Source: Candidatus Saccharimonadales bacterium (lineage in GTDB: Bacteria; Patescibacteriota; Saccharimonadia; Saccharimonadales; DASZAF01). Taken from it: 64,000 nt of DNA. The translations under genes and the position numbers were made by a program. Shown here piece by piece: positions 9,362-17,372 of this stretch. The stretch is from assembly GCA_035480055.1 (NCBI GenBank), contig DATIIB010000007.1, forward strand, positions 4,360 through 68,359, written 5' to 3'. Numbering within the stretch: position 1 is the first letter of the stretch; every line of letters starts with the position of its first letter. The notes under the pieces are model-generated. The model made no database searches, had not been told where the DNA came from, and saw only the letters and a list, made by a program, of their open reading frames with translations.

Positions 9362-11140
9362 ATGGTCAAGAAGAAGCACTCACCTCCCAAAACACCACCT
9401 CGCCGCAAGTTGGTGCGCAGACTTATCAGAAACCCAATCATTGCGATTTTCCCTATCGTCGTGCTGCTATGGTGCGGCTGGCAGTACTATCTGTCGGGCA
9501 GTCGTCATATTAACGCTGCGGCACATAATTTGCTGCCCGGTGGCAATATGCATATCAAGCATGGCAGCAGCCTTCCTGATGGTTGGCAACTCAAAAAAGA
9601 AGGGGCGCTTCAAGCCAGTAGTGCAAGCGTCGAAGGATACGCCCACGGACGAGCGGTCGATGTACATGTCGGTCAGTATCTTAGCGGAGATGTCGCTTTG
9701 GAGACGCCAAAGGTGACGCTATCCCCAAAGACCACCTATCTTTTTAAGGGCTACTACGTGACGACCGGGCCTTTTACATTGCTGGTACGGTATTTCTACC
9801 AAAACGGAACGAGCCGCCTGGAGACAATCCAGCAATATCCCGCTCAAAATGACCCTTGGTCGACCGTGAGCCATGCCTTTACCAGTGGTGGAGATATTAC
9901 GGCGGTGCAGTTTGTATATCGGATGAGTGCAAATGGCGATGTCAAAATTGGCGCGACCTACCTGGCGTCTAAAAATGATCATCTGTACATTGCACCCCAG
10001 CCGAACTTGCCTCAAAATCTTCTGGCCAACAGTAGTTTGGCTGCGCCAGATCCCGACCAAACTGATTCGCCGCAGTATTGGACGCATTATCAAAGCGGCG
10101 CGAATCAAAGTACATTCGCGTACTCGCACGCTCAGCAAGGCTCCTCCCTGCGAAGCGAAGTCCATGACTACAAAGGTGGCGAGGCTAAGTGGCAATTTTA
10201 TCCGCTGACTGTGCAAGCAGGCCAAAGTTTTTGGTTCAGCGTGGATTACCAGAGCACCAGTCCGGTTGAGTTGACGGCAGAGTATGAATTGGCCAATGGT
10301 AATCGTCAGTATGACACCGCCAGGACGCTCGATCCGGCAGGCGACTGGACGCACACTACCGCCCAATTTGAAGTGCCCGCAGGTGCCACAAACATGTTTG
10401 TCTCGTTGGTCCAGCATCACAATGGCACGCTCGCTACCAAGAACTACTATTTAGGAGAAATCACCCGACCTGGCCCACGACGCTTTGCGCATCCACTTGT
10501 GTCGGTGACCTTTGATGATGGCTGGCAATCAAGCTACTACAACGGCGCTCGCCTGCTCGATCAATACGGCTACAAAGGAACCTACTATCTCAATTCCTCG
10601 ACCATTGATACCGGCATTTTTATGAGCAAGCCGCAGCTTCTGGACCTGCAGCGACGCGGGCATCAGTTAGCCGCGCATGGTGACGAGCATGTTGATATGA
10701 CTTCGATCAGTGGACCGCAGATTGATGTGGAACTCAAGCGGACCGCCGAGTATCTGACGCAGCTGCATGTGCAGCACGCCGACTTTGCGACGCCCTATGG
10801 CAAATCAGACGCCGAGGTCCAAGCGTACGCGCGCGCCTACTATCAAAGTCACCGCGGAACCGACGACGGGCTTAATACTAAACAAAACTTTGACCCTTAT
10901 AACCTCAAGGTTGTCTTTATCACCAAAGACACGCCTGCGCAAACTATTAGCGAAGCGCTAGCCAACGCAGCCGAATATAATGGCTGGCTGATTCTGGTCT
11001 ATCATCGGATCGAAGATAAGGTGATCAGCTCCACCACCATCACGCCAGCCACCTTTACCACCCATCTGGAGCTTATCAAAAAAAGTGGCATCCCTGTCGC
11101 GTCAGTCGGGCAAGCGTTTTCAGAGCTTTCGTCTCAATAG
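9362..11140 (+). CDS. Membrane-anchored polysaccharide deacetylase (CE4) with two N-terminal carbohydrate-binding-like domains
   Basis: 593 aa from ATG 9362, 5 nt after the GT2 stop, with AGGA upstream. TM IIAIFPIVVLLWCGW, two ~150-aa beta-sandwich-like segments, then NodB motifs VSVTFDDGW and AAHGDEHVDM. Confidence 0.85.
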   Translation: MVKKKHSPPKTPPRRKLVRRLIRNPIIAIFPIVVLLWCGWQYYLSGSRHINAAAHNLLPGGNMHIKHGSSLPDGWQLKKEGALQASSASVEGYAHGRAVDVHVGQYLSGDVALETPKVTLSPKTTYLFKGYYVTTGPFTLLVRYFYQNGTSRLETIQQYPAQNDPWSTVSHAFTSGGDITAVQFVYRMSANGDVKIGATYLASKNDHLYIAPQPNLPQNLLANSSLAAPDPDQTDSPQYWTHYQSGANQSTFAYSHAQQGSSLRSEVHDYKGGEAKWQFYPLTVQAGQSFWFSVDYQSTSPVELTAEYELANGNRQYDTARTLDPAGDWTHTTAQFEVPAGATNMFVSLVQHHNGTLATKNYYLGEITRPGPRRFAHPLVSVTFDDGWQSSYYNGARLLDQYGYKGTYYLNSSTIDTGIFMSKPQLLDLQRRGHQLAAHGDEHVDMTSISGPQIDVELKRTAEYLTQLHVQHADFATPYGKSDAEVQAYARAYYQSHRGTDDGLNTKQNFDPYNLKVVFITKDTPAQTISEALANAAEYNGWLILVYHRIEDKVISSTTITPATFTTHLELIKKSGIPVASVGQAFSELSSQ

Positions 11141-11776
11141 TTACTGCAGCTCAAAGACCGCCACCGGGCGTGTACAAGTCCCATGCTCGCCCATCTCAAA
11201 CAATCCAAGCTGAGTATAGATACTATGGAACTGCGACAAGGCTGGCAAAGTAGCAAGCTCAACTTGGGTCGTACGAGTCACAAACCGCGTAAAGGTAATG
11301 TGCGGCTTGAAGAGTTCGCCGACTTCGTCGTAGCCGTACGTTTCGAGGTTGTGATGAGCCACGCCGGTAGTTTGCGGGAGCCAGTCAGCCAAGGTATGCC
11401 CTACCGGATCTTTGGTTCGTAGCCCATGCCTCAGCGGATTCAAGCCAGCAATTACTCGTTCCTGCAACGCAATTATCTCCGACGTTTTGTGGTAAAAGAC
11501 CTCAAACATTCCTTCGGTGAAGTTGTGACCATAGTGACTTGCTTGCAGTTGCAGCGGGCGTGTCTGGCGGGCGATTCCTTGCAGGCGCGAGAATGTTTCT
11601 TGCAGTTGACCAGATAGAATGTTCAGCATATACAGCGAAAGGTGCGGGTAGAGATGGTCGGCTTGCAAGGTAAACTCCGTCCCCAATGGTTTCAGTTGGC
11701 GGCTCACCGCAATCGACGCATCGCGCACAGCTGCCGGAGGCAGCAAAACAACATCATAGACAGGAAGTTCGTTCAT
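11141..11776 (-). CDS. 2H phosphoesterase superfamily protein (LigT / cyclic phosphodiesterase-like)
   Basis: 211 aa. It has two H-x-[ST]-x motifs with appropriate spacing: YPHLSLY and KPHITFTR. Confidence 0.6.
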   Translation of the reverse strand: MNELPVYDVVLLPPAAVRDASIAVSRQLKPLGTEFTLQADHLYPHLSLYMLNILSGQLQETFSRLQGIARQTRPLQLQASHYGHNFTEGMFEVFYHKTSEIIALQERVIAGLNPLRHGLRTKDPVGHTLADWLPQTTGVAHHNLETYGYDEVGELFKPHITFTRFVTRTTQVELATLPALSQFHSIYTQLGLFEMGEHGTCTRPVAVFELQ

Positions 11777-11788
11777 GCTTACGGCCGT

Positions 11789-12823
11789 CTACTTTTGAGG
11801 AGGCCGATCTGGTACCGGTGGAAGCTCCGATGCCACCGGCGGAACGACCTTGTGCGGGAGCAACTTGGCAAGCACCAACACTCCCACGCCCAGCACCACT
11901 ACAGCAATGGCGTATTCCAGCCACACCGTGCGCACTTGGTGAGTGAGTAGTTGAATGACCGACGTCACCTTAGCTTGCAGCAATTCGTTTTGTTGCGTCG
12001 CAGCGGTGAGCTTGGCGATCGCTTTGCGAAGCGCAAAGTCGCCAAACCAGGCCAACAAACCGCTACTTATACCGACCGTTACTGCACCAATGCCGACACG
12101 GCGCAGCGCAATCTTTTTGGTCTGATCCAACAGAATAATACCCGCCGCCGCCAACAATGCCGCGATGCCGGTGGCATAAATAGCCAGCACCGCGCTGTGA
12201 TAGGCTGCTGGAACGCCGTGGAACTGCTGAGGGATGGTTTGACCCTGATTATTCTTGAGCGTATCAGCGGTCAGCGTAGGCTGCGACAACGAGCCATTCA
12301 CGTTCAAAATGTCATGCTTCGCTTGAGCCACCGCCGTGGGAATATCAAAACCTGTCGGCACGCAGGTCATCGTAAAGGCATTCAGATCTGTGGGCACTGT
12401 GGTGCAGGTGGGCAACGAAGTGAGACGCTGCTGAACATAATTGGCGATATTGGTCGCCAAATTCTCTCGCGCCCCATTAATATCGATACTAAACTGCGGC
12501 GACGGCGTCTTGCCCTTCAGCCAGTCAAACGTGCCCTCAATAATCTGGTTGGCATCGCTGCGCAACAAAGACGCCGGAAAGGCTTGCTGAATGGCTGATT
12601 GAATCTGTGGTTGCTCAATCGGAATGTTATTGGTTTGATTGCTTTGCTGCGCAAGCACGTCGTGAACCAGCGAATCGTAAATGCCACTTTTGTCTAAGGC
12701 ACCTTCGATGGTATGTGGAGTGGTCAGTACTACCTGAAGGCTCAGCAAAAGGCCGAAGCTAAACAACGTGGCAGAAAAAACTGAATACAGAAGGGTGACT
12801 GCGACTCGGCGCATAAAATGCAT
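11789..12823 (-). CDS. Membrane protein of unknown function
   Basis: 344 aa. An N-terminal TM, a ~200-aa extracytoplasmic region, 3-4 C-terminal TMs and a Pro-rich tail. No family recognised. Confidence 0.6.
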   Translation of the reverse strand: MHFMRRVAVTLLYSVFSATLFSFGLLLSLQVVLTTPHTIEGALDKSGIYDSLVHDVLAQQSNQTNNIPIEQPQIQSAIQQAFPASLLRSDANQIIEGTFDWLKGKTPSPQFSIDINGARENLATNIANYVQQRLTSLPTCTTVPTDLNAFTMTCVPTGFDIPTAVAQAKHDILNVNGSLSQPTLTADTLKNNQGQTIPQQFHGVPAAYHSAVLAIYATGIAALLAAAGIILLDQTKKIALRRVGIGAVTVGISSGLLAWFGDFALRKAIAKLTAATQQNELLQAKVTSVIQLLTHQVRTVWLEYAIAVVVLGVGVLVLAKLLPHKVVPPVASELPPVPDRPPQK

Positions 12824-12844
12824 ACGTATAGTGTACGCTAGATT

Positions 12845-13720
12845 TTACTGTGTCACAATCTGCTTCCACGGCCCGTCAGGGACTTTGGACGCAGGCACTA
12901 ATGACCAATCGGTCGTGTCCACATCTTGGAGATGCAAATAATCATGGACTGCCGGCGATACATCGAGGCCAGCCTTGGCGCCCCACGTATTACGAAAGGC
13001 GCTGTTGCCAAATACATAGTCCACATCGTCTTCGCCAAGCGGCCCCGCGTCTTCCCACTGCGCATAGACGACCTGGCCATTGTGACGGATCATCACCCAG
13101 CTGTTTTTGCACCACGAGCGGTTCGCATCGGTCTGCACGGCAGTAGGGAGACATTTTTGCGCCGACGCTTTGCGTTTGCCCTTGGCATCGAAATCATTAT
13201 ATGGCAAAGCGATGTAGAAAGGATTTTCCTTTGGCTTAAAAGCTGCTGGCCACCAACCATTTCGGGACTGAGGGGTGTCTGCGCCACCAAAGTGCTGTTG
13301 CCATTGGTCGTCCCAAGCGCTCGCGACATTGGTAATGTAATCATTTTCGCTATCGGCCGGTTCGCCAACCCAAAAAAAGGTTGTAGTGATATGCGTATGC
13401 GTCCAGTCGCCAGAGGATGAGTTGCTGCTGGAAGAACCTGCCAAGCCGGTTGGAGTTGATTTGGAATTTGTAAGCGGCGCCATACTCACAAGTGTTGTCA
13501 GTGGGACAGACAGTGGATGTAACAAGCCATACAGAGCTGAGTGCCCCGACCTTGCAGGCGCTAAAGCCTGCGCGCTTAAAGCGACAACGCTCACAACAAT
13601 AATCGCCGCCGCTAGTCCGCTACTCAAAAGACGCCGCCCGCGACTGTAAAAGCGTCGCGGGAGAGGCGTCTTGAGCGAAGGATGCAGGTACTTGGCTTTA
13701 GAGCTGCGGTTGAATCTCAT
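12845..13720 (-). CDS. Secreted protein, possibly with an RlpA/expansin-like double-psi beta-barrel domain
   Basis: The start is uncertain. The track uses GTG 13756; ATG 13720 still overlaps the upstream gene by 23 nt. A signal-like LLSSGLAAAIIVVSVVALSAQALA is followed by TTFFWVGEPA, NPFYIALPYND, and YAQWEDAGPLGEDD..GLDVSPA, which resembles DPBB proteins. Confidence 0.45.
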   Translation of the reverse strand: MRFNRSSKAKYLHPSLKTPLPRRFYSRGRRLLSSGLAAAIIVVSVVALSAQALAPARSGHSALYGLLHPLSVPLTTLVSMAPLTNSKSTPTGLAGSSSSNSSSGDWTHTHITTTFFWVGEPADSENDYITNVASAWDDQWQQHFGGADTPQSRNGWWPAAFKPKENPFYIALPYNDFDAKGKRKASAQKCLPTAVQTDANRSWCKNSWVMIRHNGQVVYAQWEDAGPLGEDDVDYVFGNSAFRNTWGAKAGLDVSPAVHDYLHLQDVDTTDWSLVPASKVPDGPWKQIVTQ

Positions 13721-16001
13721 TAAGCGCCTGGTCAACAGTTTCAACTGTGACACCACTCTGCTTAATGTTGTTCAACTCTGCATCAAGGTTGGCAGGAGTC
13801 ACTGCATAGGTTGGGTCAGCAGCTGCAGGGTCAACTTCGTGGTAAACCAGCACCAACCAGGTCTTGTTGGCGATCGCCTGATTAACCCATGCCTGAACCA
13901 TGGCAGGAGTGGTAGTGTTCTCGACATTCTGTACTTTAATGTTGTAGATGTCGAAGCTGTCTTTACTGTTAAAGCCAACGTCGGTTGAACGGTGCGAGCG
14001 GTAGAACTTCTTGATCTCGGTAATGACACTACTGTTGTAGGCGCCGTATGGAGTGGCGAAGTTGTTGGCCACACCAGGGGTTCCAAACCAGCTGCGGAGT
14101 TGGTTTTGCGAACCGCTCAGCTCAGCGTCGATCTGGGCAACGGTCAAAGTGGTGAGGTCAGGGTGAGTCATAGTGTGTGCTGCGACTTCGTTACCCGCGC
14201 TCTTCCAGGCAGTCATTTCAGCAAGAGTCATGTAGTCTGGGTAGCCATCGATTGTTGGCTGAGTCAGCATGTAACCGGTTGCAACCATGTTGTACTTCTT
14301 GAGTAATGGCAAGCCATTGGTCTCAATAGTCTTCCAGGCATCGTCGAAGGTCAGGCTGACCATGGCACGATTGAACTGCGCAGGAGCATATGGCGCAAAG
14401 CTGAAGTCATCGGTTTGGACAAAGCCAACTTTGGTAAGCGCTTGGAAGATAGTGATACTCTTGGCACCAGCTGGAGCGGTAAACTGTGCCTTGACCTGTG
14501 CCCATGCACTTGGGCTCGCAGAAGCGGTTGCCAGGTAGAAATACTGGACGGTGCCGTCGGTCATGGTGACCTGGGCATCAACTTCGCTATCAACGCTGGA
14601 TTCATACCAGTTGCTGTATTGGTACTGTGCCCCTGGAGTAATGGCAATGTCGTCGAAGTACCATTTGGCGTCACCGTTGGTGTATGCACTCATGGTGGTC
14701 TTGACACTGTGGCTGCCGGTGTGGCCAGTGTTCTCAACAGTTGTGGTGTGAGTGTTAGTACCCCAGCCGTCTGCGCGCCAGTTGGTTGGGAGGCCGCTGG
14801 TCAGTGTTTCAACTGAAGGGTTCAAAACCAGGTTGGTTGCTGGTGGCGTTACTGGAGGAGTCACAACTACGTTATTAACGGTGACAGCTACTTCAGTTGA
14901 AGTGGTACTGAGGTTGGCTTGGTTGGTGGCAACTGCAGTCAGTTTGTGAGCGCCGTTGGTTACTTTGGTGGTGTCCCAGTTATAAGTGTAAGGTGCGGTC
15001 GTGAGGGCGCTGCCGAGATTTACGCCGTCCAGCTTGAACTGTACCGAAGTAATACCTTGCGCGTCGCTCGCAGCAGCGGTAATGGCTTGAGTGCCAGAGA
15101 CAGTTGCGTTATTTGCAGGAGCGCTGAGCTGTACGGTTGGAGGAGTTGGATTGTTCACCGTCACGGTAGCGGCAGTAGAAGTAGTCGTGAGGTTTGCAGC
15201 GTTGGTTGCTACAGCGGTCAAGGTGTGCGTTCCATTGGTGGCCGTTTTGGTGTCCCAAGTGGTGCTGTACGGAGCGGTCGTATCAGCTGCACCGAGGTTG
15301 GTACCATCGAGCTTAAACTGTACCGAAGTGACACCAACTGCATCACTGGCAGTTGCGGTGATTGTTTGCGTACCGCTGACGGTGGCACCAGTAGTTGGAG
15401 CGGTCAGTTGTACGGTTGGCGCAGTTGCGACAGGAGGAACTGGAGTGACAGGAGGAGTCGTAGGAGTACCGGTGCCAAAGCTGTAATCGTCAACAGTCAA
15501 AGAGCCGTTCGCTTGGATGTAGTGGAAAAAAGTCACGCTCTTGGCGCCGGTAGGAGCCTTGAAGCTAAAGCTCGCCTGTTTCCAATCGGTGCTGGCGGCA
15601 AAATCGCCCTGCCATTTGTACTGAGTCTTGCCAGCGGTAGTGGTGATCACTGCATCGATGCTGTTCTTGATACCACTTTTGTACCAGTCGCTAAAGGTGT
15701 AGGTTGTGCCAGGAGTGACAGTGACTGGAGAAAAGTACCACTTTGCGTCTCCGCTGGTGTAGTTGCTCATCTTCACGGTTGCACTGTGGCTGCCGGTGTG
15801 GCCAGTGTTCTCGTACGTGTAGGCAGTAGTGTTAGTACCCCAGTTATCTTTAAGCCAGCCAGTTGGGCTACCGCTCGTTGCGTCTTCAAAAGAAGCGTTG
15901 GCAACCAGGTTAGCGTCAGCGGCAAAAGCTGTGGCGATTGGTGATTGAACCGCTGCGACAACAACCAAGATTGCGCCGATTAATGATAGTACTCGCTTCA
16001 T
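13698..16001 (-). CDS. Large secreted modular polysaccharide deacetylase: CBM-like, two Ig-like domains, CBM-like, then CE4
   Basis: 767 aa with SD AGGAG. Signal peptide ...AVQSPIATAFA. Two paralogous ~150-aa domains share (N)TGHTGSHS...GDAKWYF. There is a tandem Ig-like repeat. C-terminal NodB motifs are VSLTFDDAW and AAHTMTHPDL. Confidence 0.88.
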   Translation of the reverse strand: MKRVLSLIGAILVVVAAVQSPIATAFAADANLVANASFEDATSGSPTGWLKDNWGTNTTAYTYENTGHTGSHSATVKMSNYTSGDAKWYFSPVTVTPGTTYTFSDWYKSGIKNSIDAVITTTAGKTQYKWQGDFAASTDWKQASFSFKAPTGAKSVTFFHYIQANGSLTVDDYSFGTGTPTTPPVTPVPPVATAPTVQLTAPTTGATVSGTQTITATASDAVGVTSVQFKLDGTNLGAADTTAPYSTTWDTKTATNGTHTLTAVATNAANLTTTSTAATVTVNNPTPPTVQLSAPANNATVSGTQAITAAASDAQGITSVQFKLDGVNLGSALTTAPYTYNWDTTKVTNGAHKLTAVATNQANLSTTSTEVAVTVNNVVVTPPVTPPATNLVLNPSVETLTSGLPTNWRADGWGTNTHTTTVENTGHTGSHSVKTTMSAYTNGDAKWYFDDIAITPGAQYQYSNWYESSVDSEVDAQVTMTDGTVQYFYLATASASPSAWAQVKAQFTAPAGAKSITIFQALTKVGFVQTDDFSFAPYAPAQFNRAMVSLTFDDAWKTIETNGLPLLKKYNMVATGYMLTQPTIDGYPDYMTLAEMTAWKSAGNEVAAHTMTHPDLTTLTVAQIDAELSGSQNQLRSWFGTPGVANNFATPYGAYNSSVITEIKKFYRSHRSTDVGFNSKDSFDIYNIKVQNVENTTTPAMVQAWVNQAIANKTWLVLVYHEVDPAAADPTYAVTPANLDAELNNIKQSGVTVETVDQALNEIQPQL
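14871..15422 (-). repeat. Tandem duplication of a ~92-aa Ig-like module inside the CE4 gene
   Basis: aa 194-284 (PTVQLTAPTTGATVSGTQTITATASDAVGVTSVQFKLDG...TVNN) versus aa 288-377 (PTVQLSAPANNATVSGTQAITAAASDAQGITSVQFKLDG...TVNN). A related module occurs in the protein at 21179-22762. Confidence 0.85.
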
Positions 16002-16143
16002 TATGATGTCTCCTACTTAGACTGCTCGTTTGTCTCATCAAACTACTATGTTGCACAAAAGTCAATACTATTCGTAATAGCGCTTAAGGTGTTATGAAGC
16101 ATAAGCGTTGTATTGACTTTAGGGTTAGAATATGAAAATATAG

Positions 16144-16171
16144 TTGACTTTTGTACTATAAAGTATATAAT
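16144..16171 (+). promoter_or_regulatory. Near-consensus sigma70 promoter (TTGACT-16-TATAAT) for the micro-ORF/CE4/GT2 operon
   Basis: TTGACT at 16144-16149 and TATAAT at 16166-16171. A second TTGACT lies at ~16113. Confidence 0.6.
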
Positions 16172-16209
16172 GCGGTTAAGTATCAAAGACCTAACGGGAG
16201 TAAGGCAAC

Positions 16210-16386
16210 ATGTACGAACAAACCGGCGGAATGGGCGGCTTTATCGCTCCAGCAACAACAGCAGTAATCACTCTACCTTTGACAGGTGGTAACCTTCTTG
16301 TGCAAATCGCTATTGCGATCGCAGCTGGTCTGACAGTATGGGGCATCCTCAACGCTCGTCAGCGCAAACTGCAAAAAGCACAGTAG
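16210..16386 (+). CDS. 58-aa micro-protein consisting essentially of an LPXTG-type cell-wall sorting signal
   Basis: Below the track's size cutoff. ATG 16210, GGGAG upstream, TAG at 16384-16386. Translation: MYEQTGGMGGFIAPATTAVITLPLTGGNLLVQIAIAIAAGLTVWGILNARQRKLQKAQ. This reads as LPLTG, then a 21-residue hydrophobic stretch, then an R/K tail. No N-terminal signal peptide. Confidence 0.55.
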   Translation: MYEQTGGMGGFIAPATTAVITLPLTGGNLLVQIAIAIAAGLTVWGILNARQRKLQKAQ

Positions 16387-16409
16387 TTTCCTTTATATAA
16401 GGACACACC

Positions 16410-17372
16410 ATGAAACTGAGTAAAAAAGTGGGCACGGTGGGAACACACTCAGCTCGTGCAAAGCGCACTAAGCCACGCCGTTTTCGACGTGGTTTAGTGA
16501 CAACCTTAGCGGTCCTGGTGAGCTTATTGCCAGTTGGCTCAATGGGCTATCTTGGCTGGGCCGTATATCGGAATGTCTTTCACGATAGCCGTCCGACCGC
16601 TTCTCTTTCGTATGTAAATCGAAGTATAACTGGCCTGACGCCGTTTTCCACTCCCATGGTCAGCGTCACCTTCGACGATGGCTGGGAATCTGCGTACAAA
16701 AATGCAGCCCCAGTGCTGAGTCAGTACAACATCCCGTCGACTTTTTATATCATTACCGATACTTTTAACGACCCGCAGTACTTATCAACTGATCAGATCA
16801 AATCGCTCCTGGCTAGTGGCCACCAGATTGAATCACACACCGTCACGCACCCTAACCTCACCCAGGTCAACGACACGCAGCTAGGTAAAGAACTGAGCAA
16901 TTCCAAGAATACGCTGCAAAAATTAGTTAATGGCCCGGTCACCGACTTCTCTTCTCCGCTTGACGCCTATAACGATCATGTTATTGCCGCGATTAAGGCA
17001 CAGGGGTATCGCTCGCACCGTACGACGGACGCAGATCTTACCCGCGACCCTTACAATCTGAACCTGGCCAGCACCTTTAATCCGTACCGCATTCAAGCCT
17101 ACACAGTGCGCAACACCACAACCACTCAGCAGCTCCAAGATTATCTGGCATACGCCCGCGAAAATAAAGCTTGGGTCGTTCTGGTGTACCACCAGGTAGA
17201 ATCCAGCAAGGTGGAAGTACCCGAGAAAGACCGCTACGCCGTATCGCTTAATGCCTTTAAAGAGCAGATGAAGTTGGTGAATGAGAGCAACATGCGAGTT
17301 GTCACCATGGAGCAAGCGCTTGACGCTATTGCCAAGCAACCTGCGGTACCATCTCAAGGAGACACCAAATGA
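16410..17372 (+). CDS. Membrane-anchored polysaccharide deacetylase (CE4)
   Basis: 320 aa with SD AAGGA. TM LVTTLAVLVSLLPVGSMGYLGWAVY; NodB motifs VSVTFDDGW and ESHTVTHPNL. Confidence 0.88.
   Translation: MKLSKKVGTVGTHSARAKRTKPRRFRRGLVTTLAVLVSLLPVGSMGYLGWAVYRNVFHDSRPTASLSYVNRSITGLTPFSTPMVSVTFDDGWESAYKNAAPVLSQYNIPSTFYIITDTFNDPQYLSTDQIKSLLASGHQIESHTVTHPNLTQVNDTQLGKELSNSKNTLQKLVNGPVTDFSSPLDAYNDHVIAAIKAQGYRSHRTTDADLTRDPYNLNLASTFNPYRIQAYTVRNTTTTQQLQDYLAYARENKAWVVLVYHQVESSKVEVPEKDRYAVSLNAFKEQMKLVNESNMRVVTMEQALDAIAKQPAVPSQGDTK

Noticed and set aside
9719-10420. A 233-aa minus-strand ORF
   Set aside because: It is antisense to the CBM region of the CE4 gene 9362-11140. Its composition is Arg/Cys-rich and it has no SD.
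11951-12598. A 215-aa plus-strand ORF
   Set aside because: It is antisense to the membrane protein 11789-12823 and is extremely Arg-rich (RRRR runs), which is typical of a shadow frame.
14919-15944. A 341-aa plus-strand ORF, and several shorter ones between 13671 and 15486, inside the large CE4 gene
   Set aside because: These are antisense shadow ORFs. Their translations are Gly/Arg/Ser/Cys-rich with no domain pattern. The opposite strand encodes a continuous 767-aa protein with signal peptide, CBM, Ig and NodB motifs.
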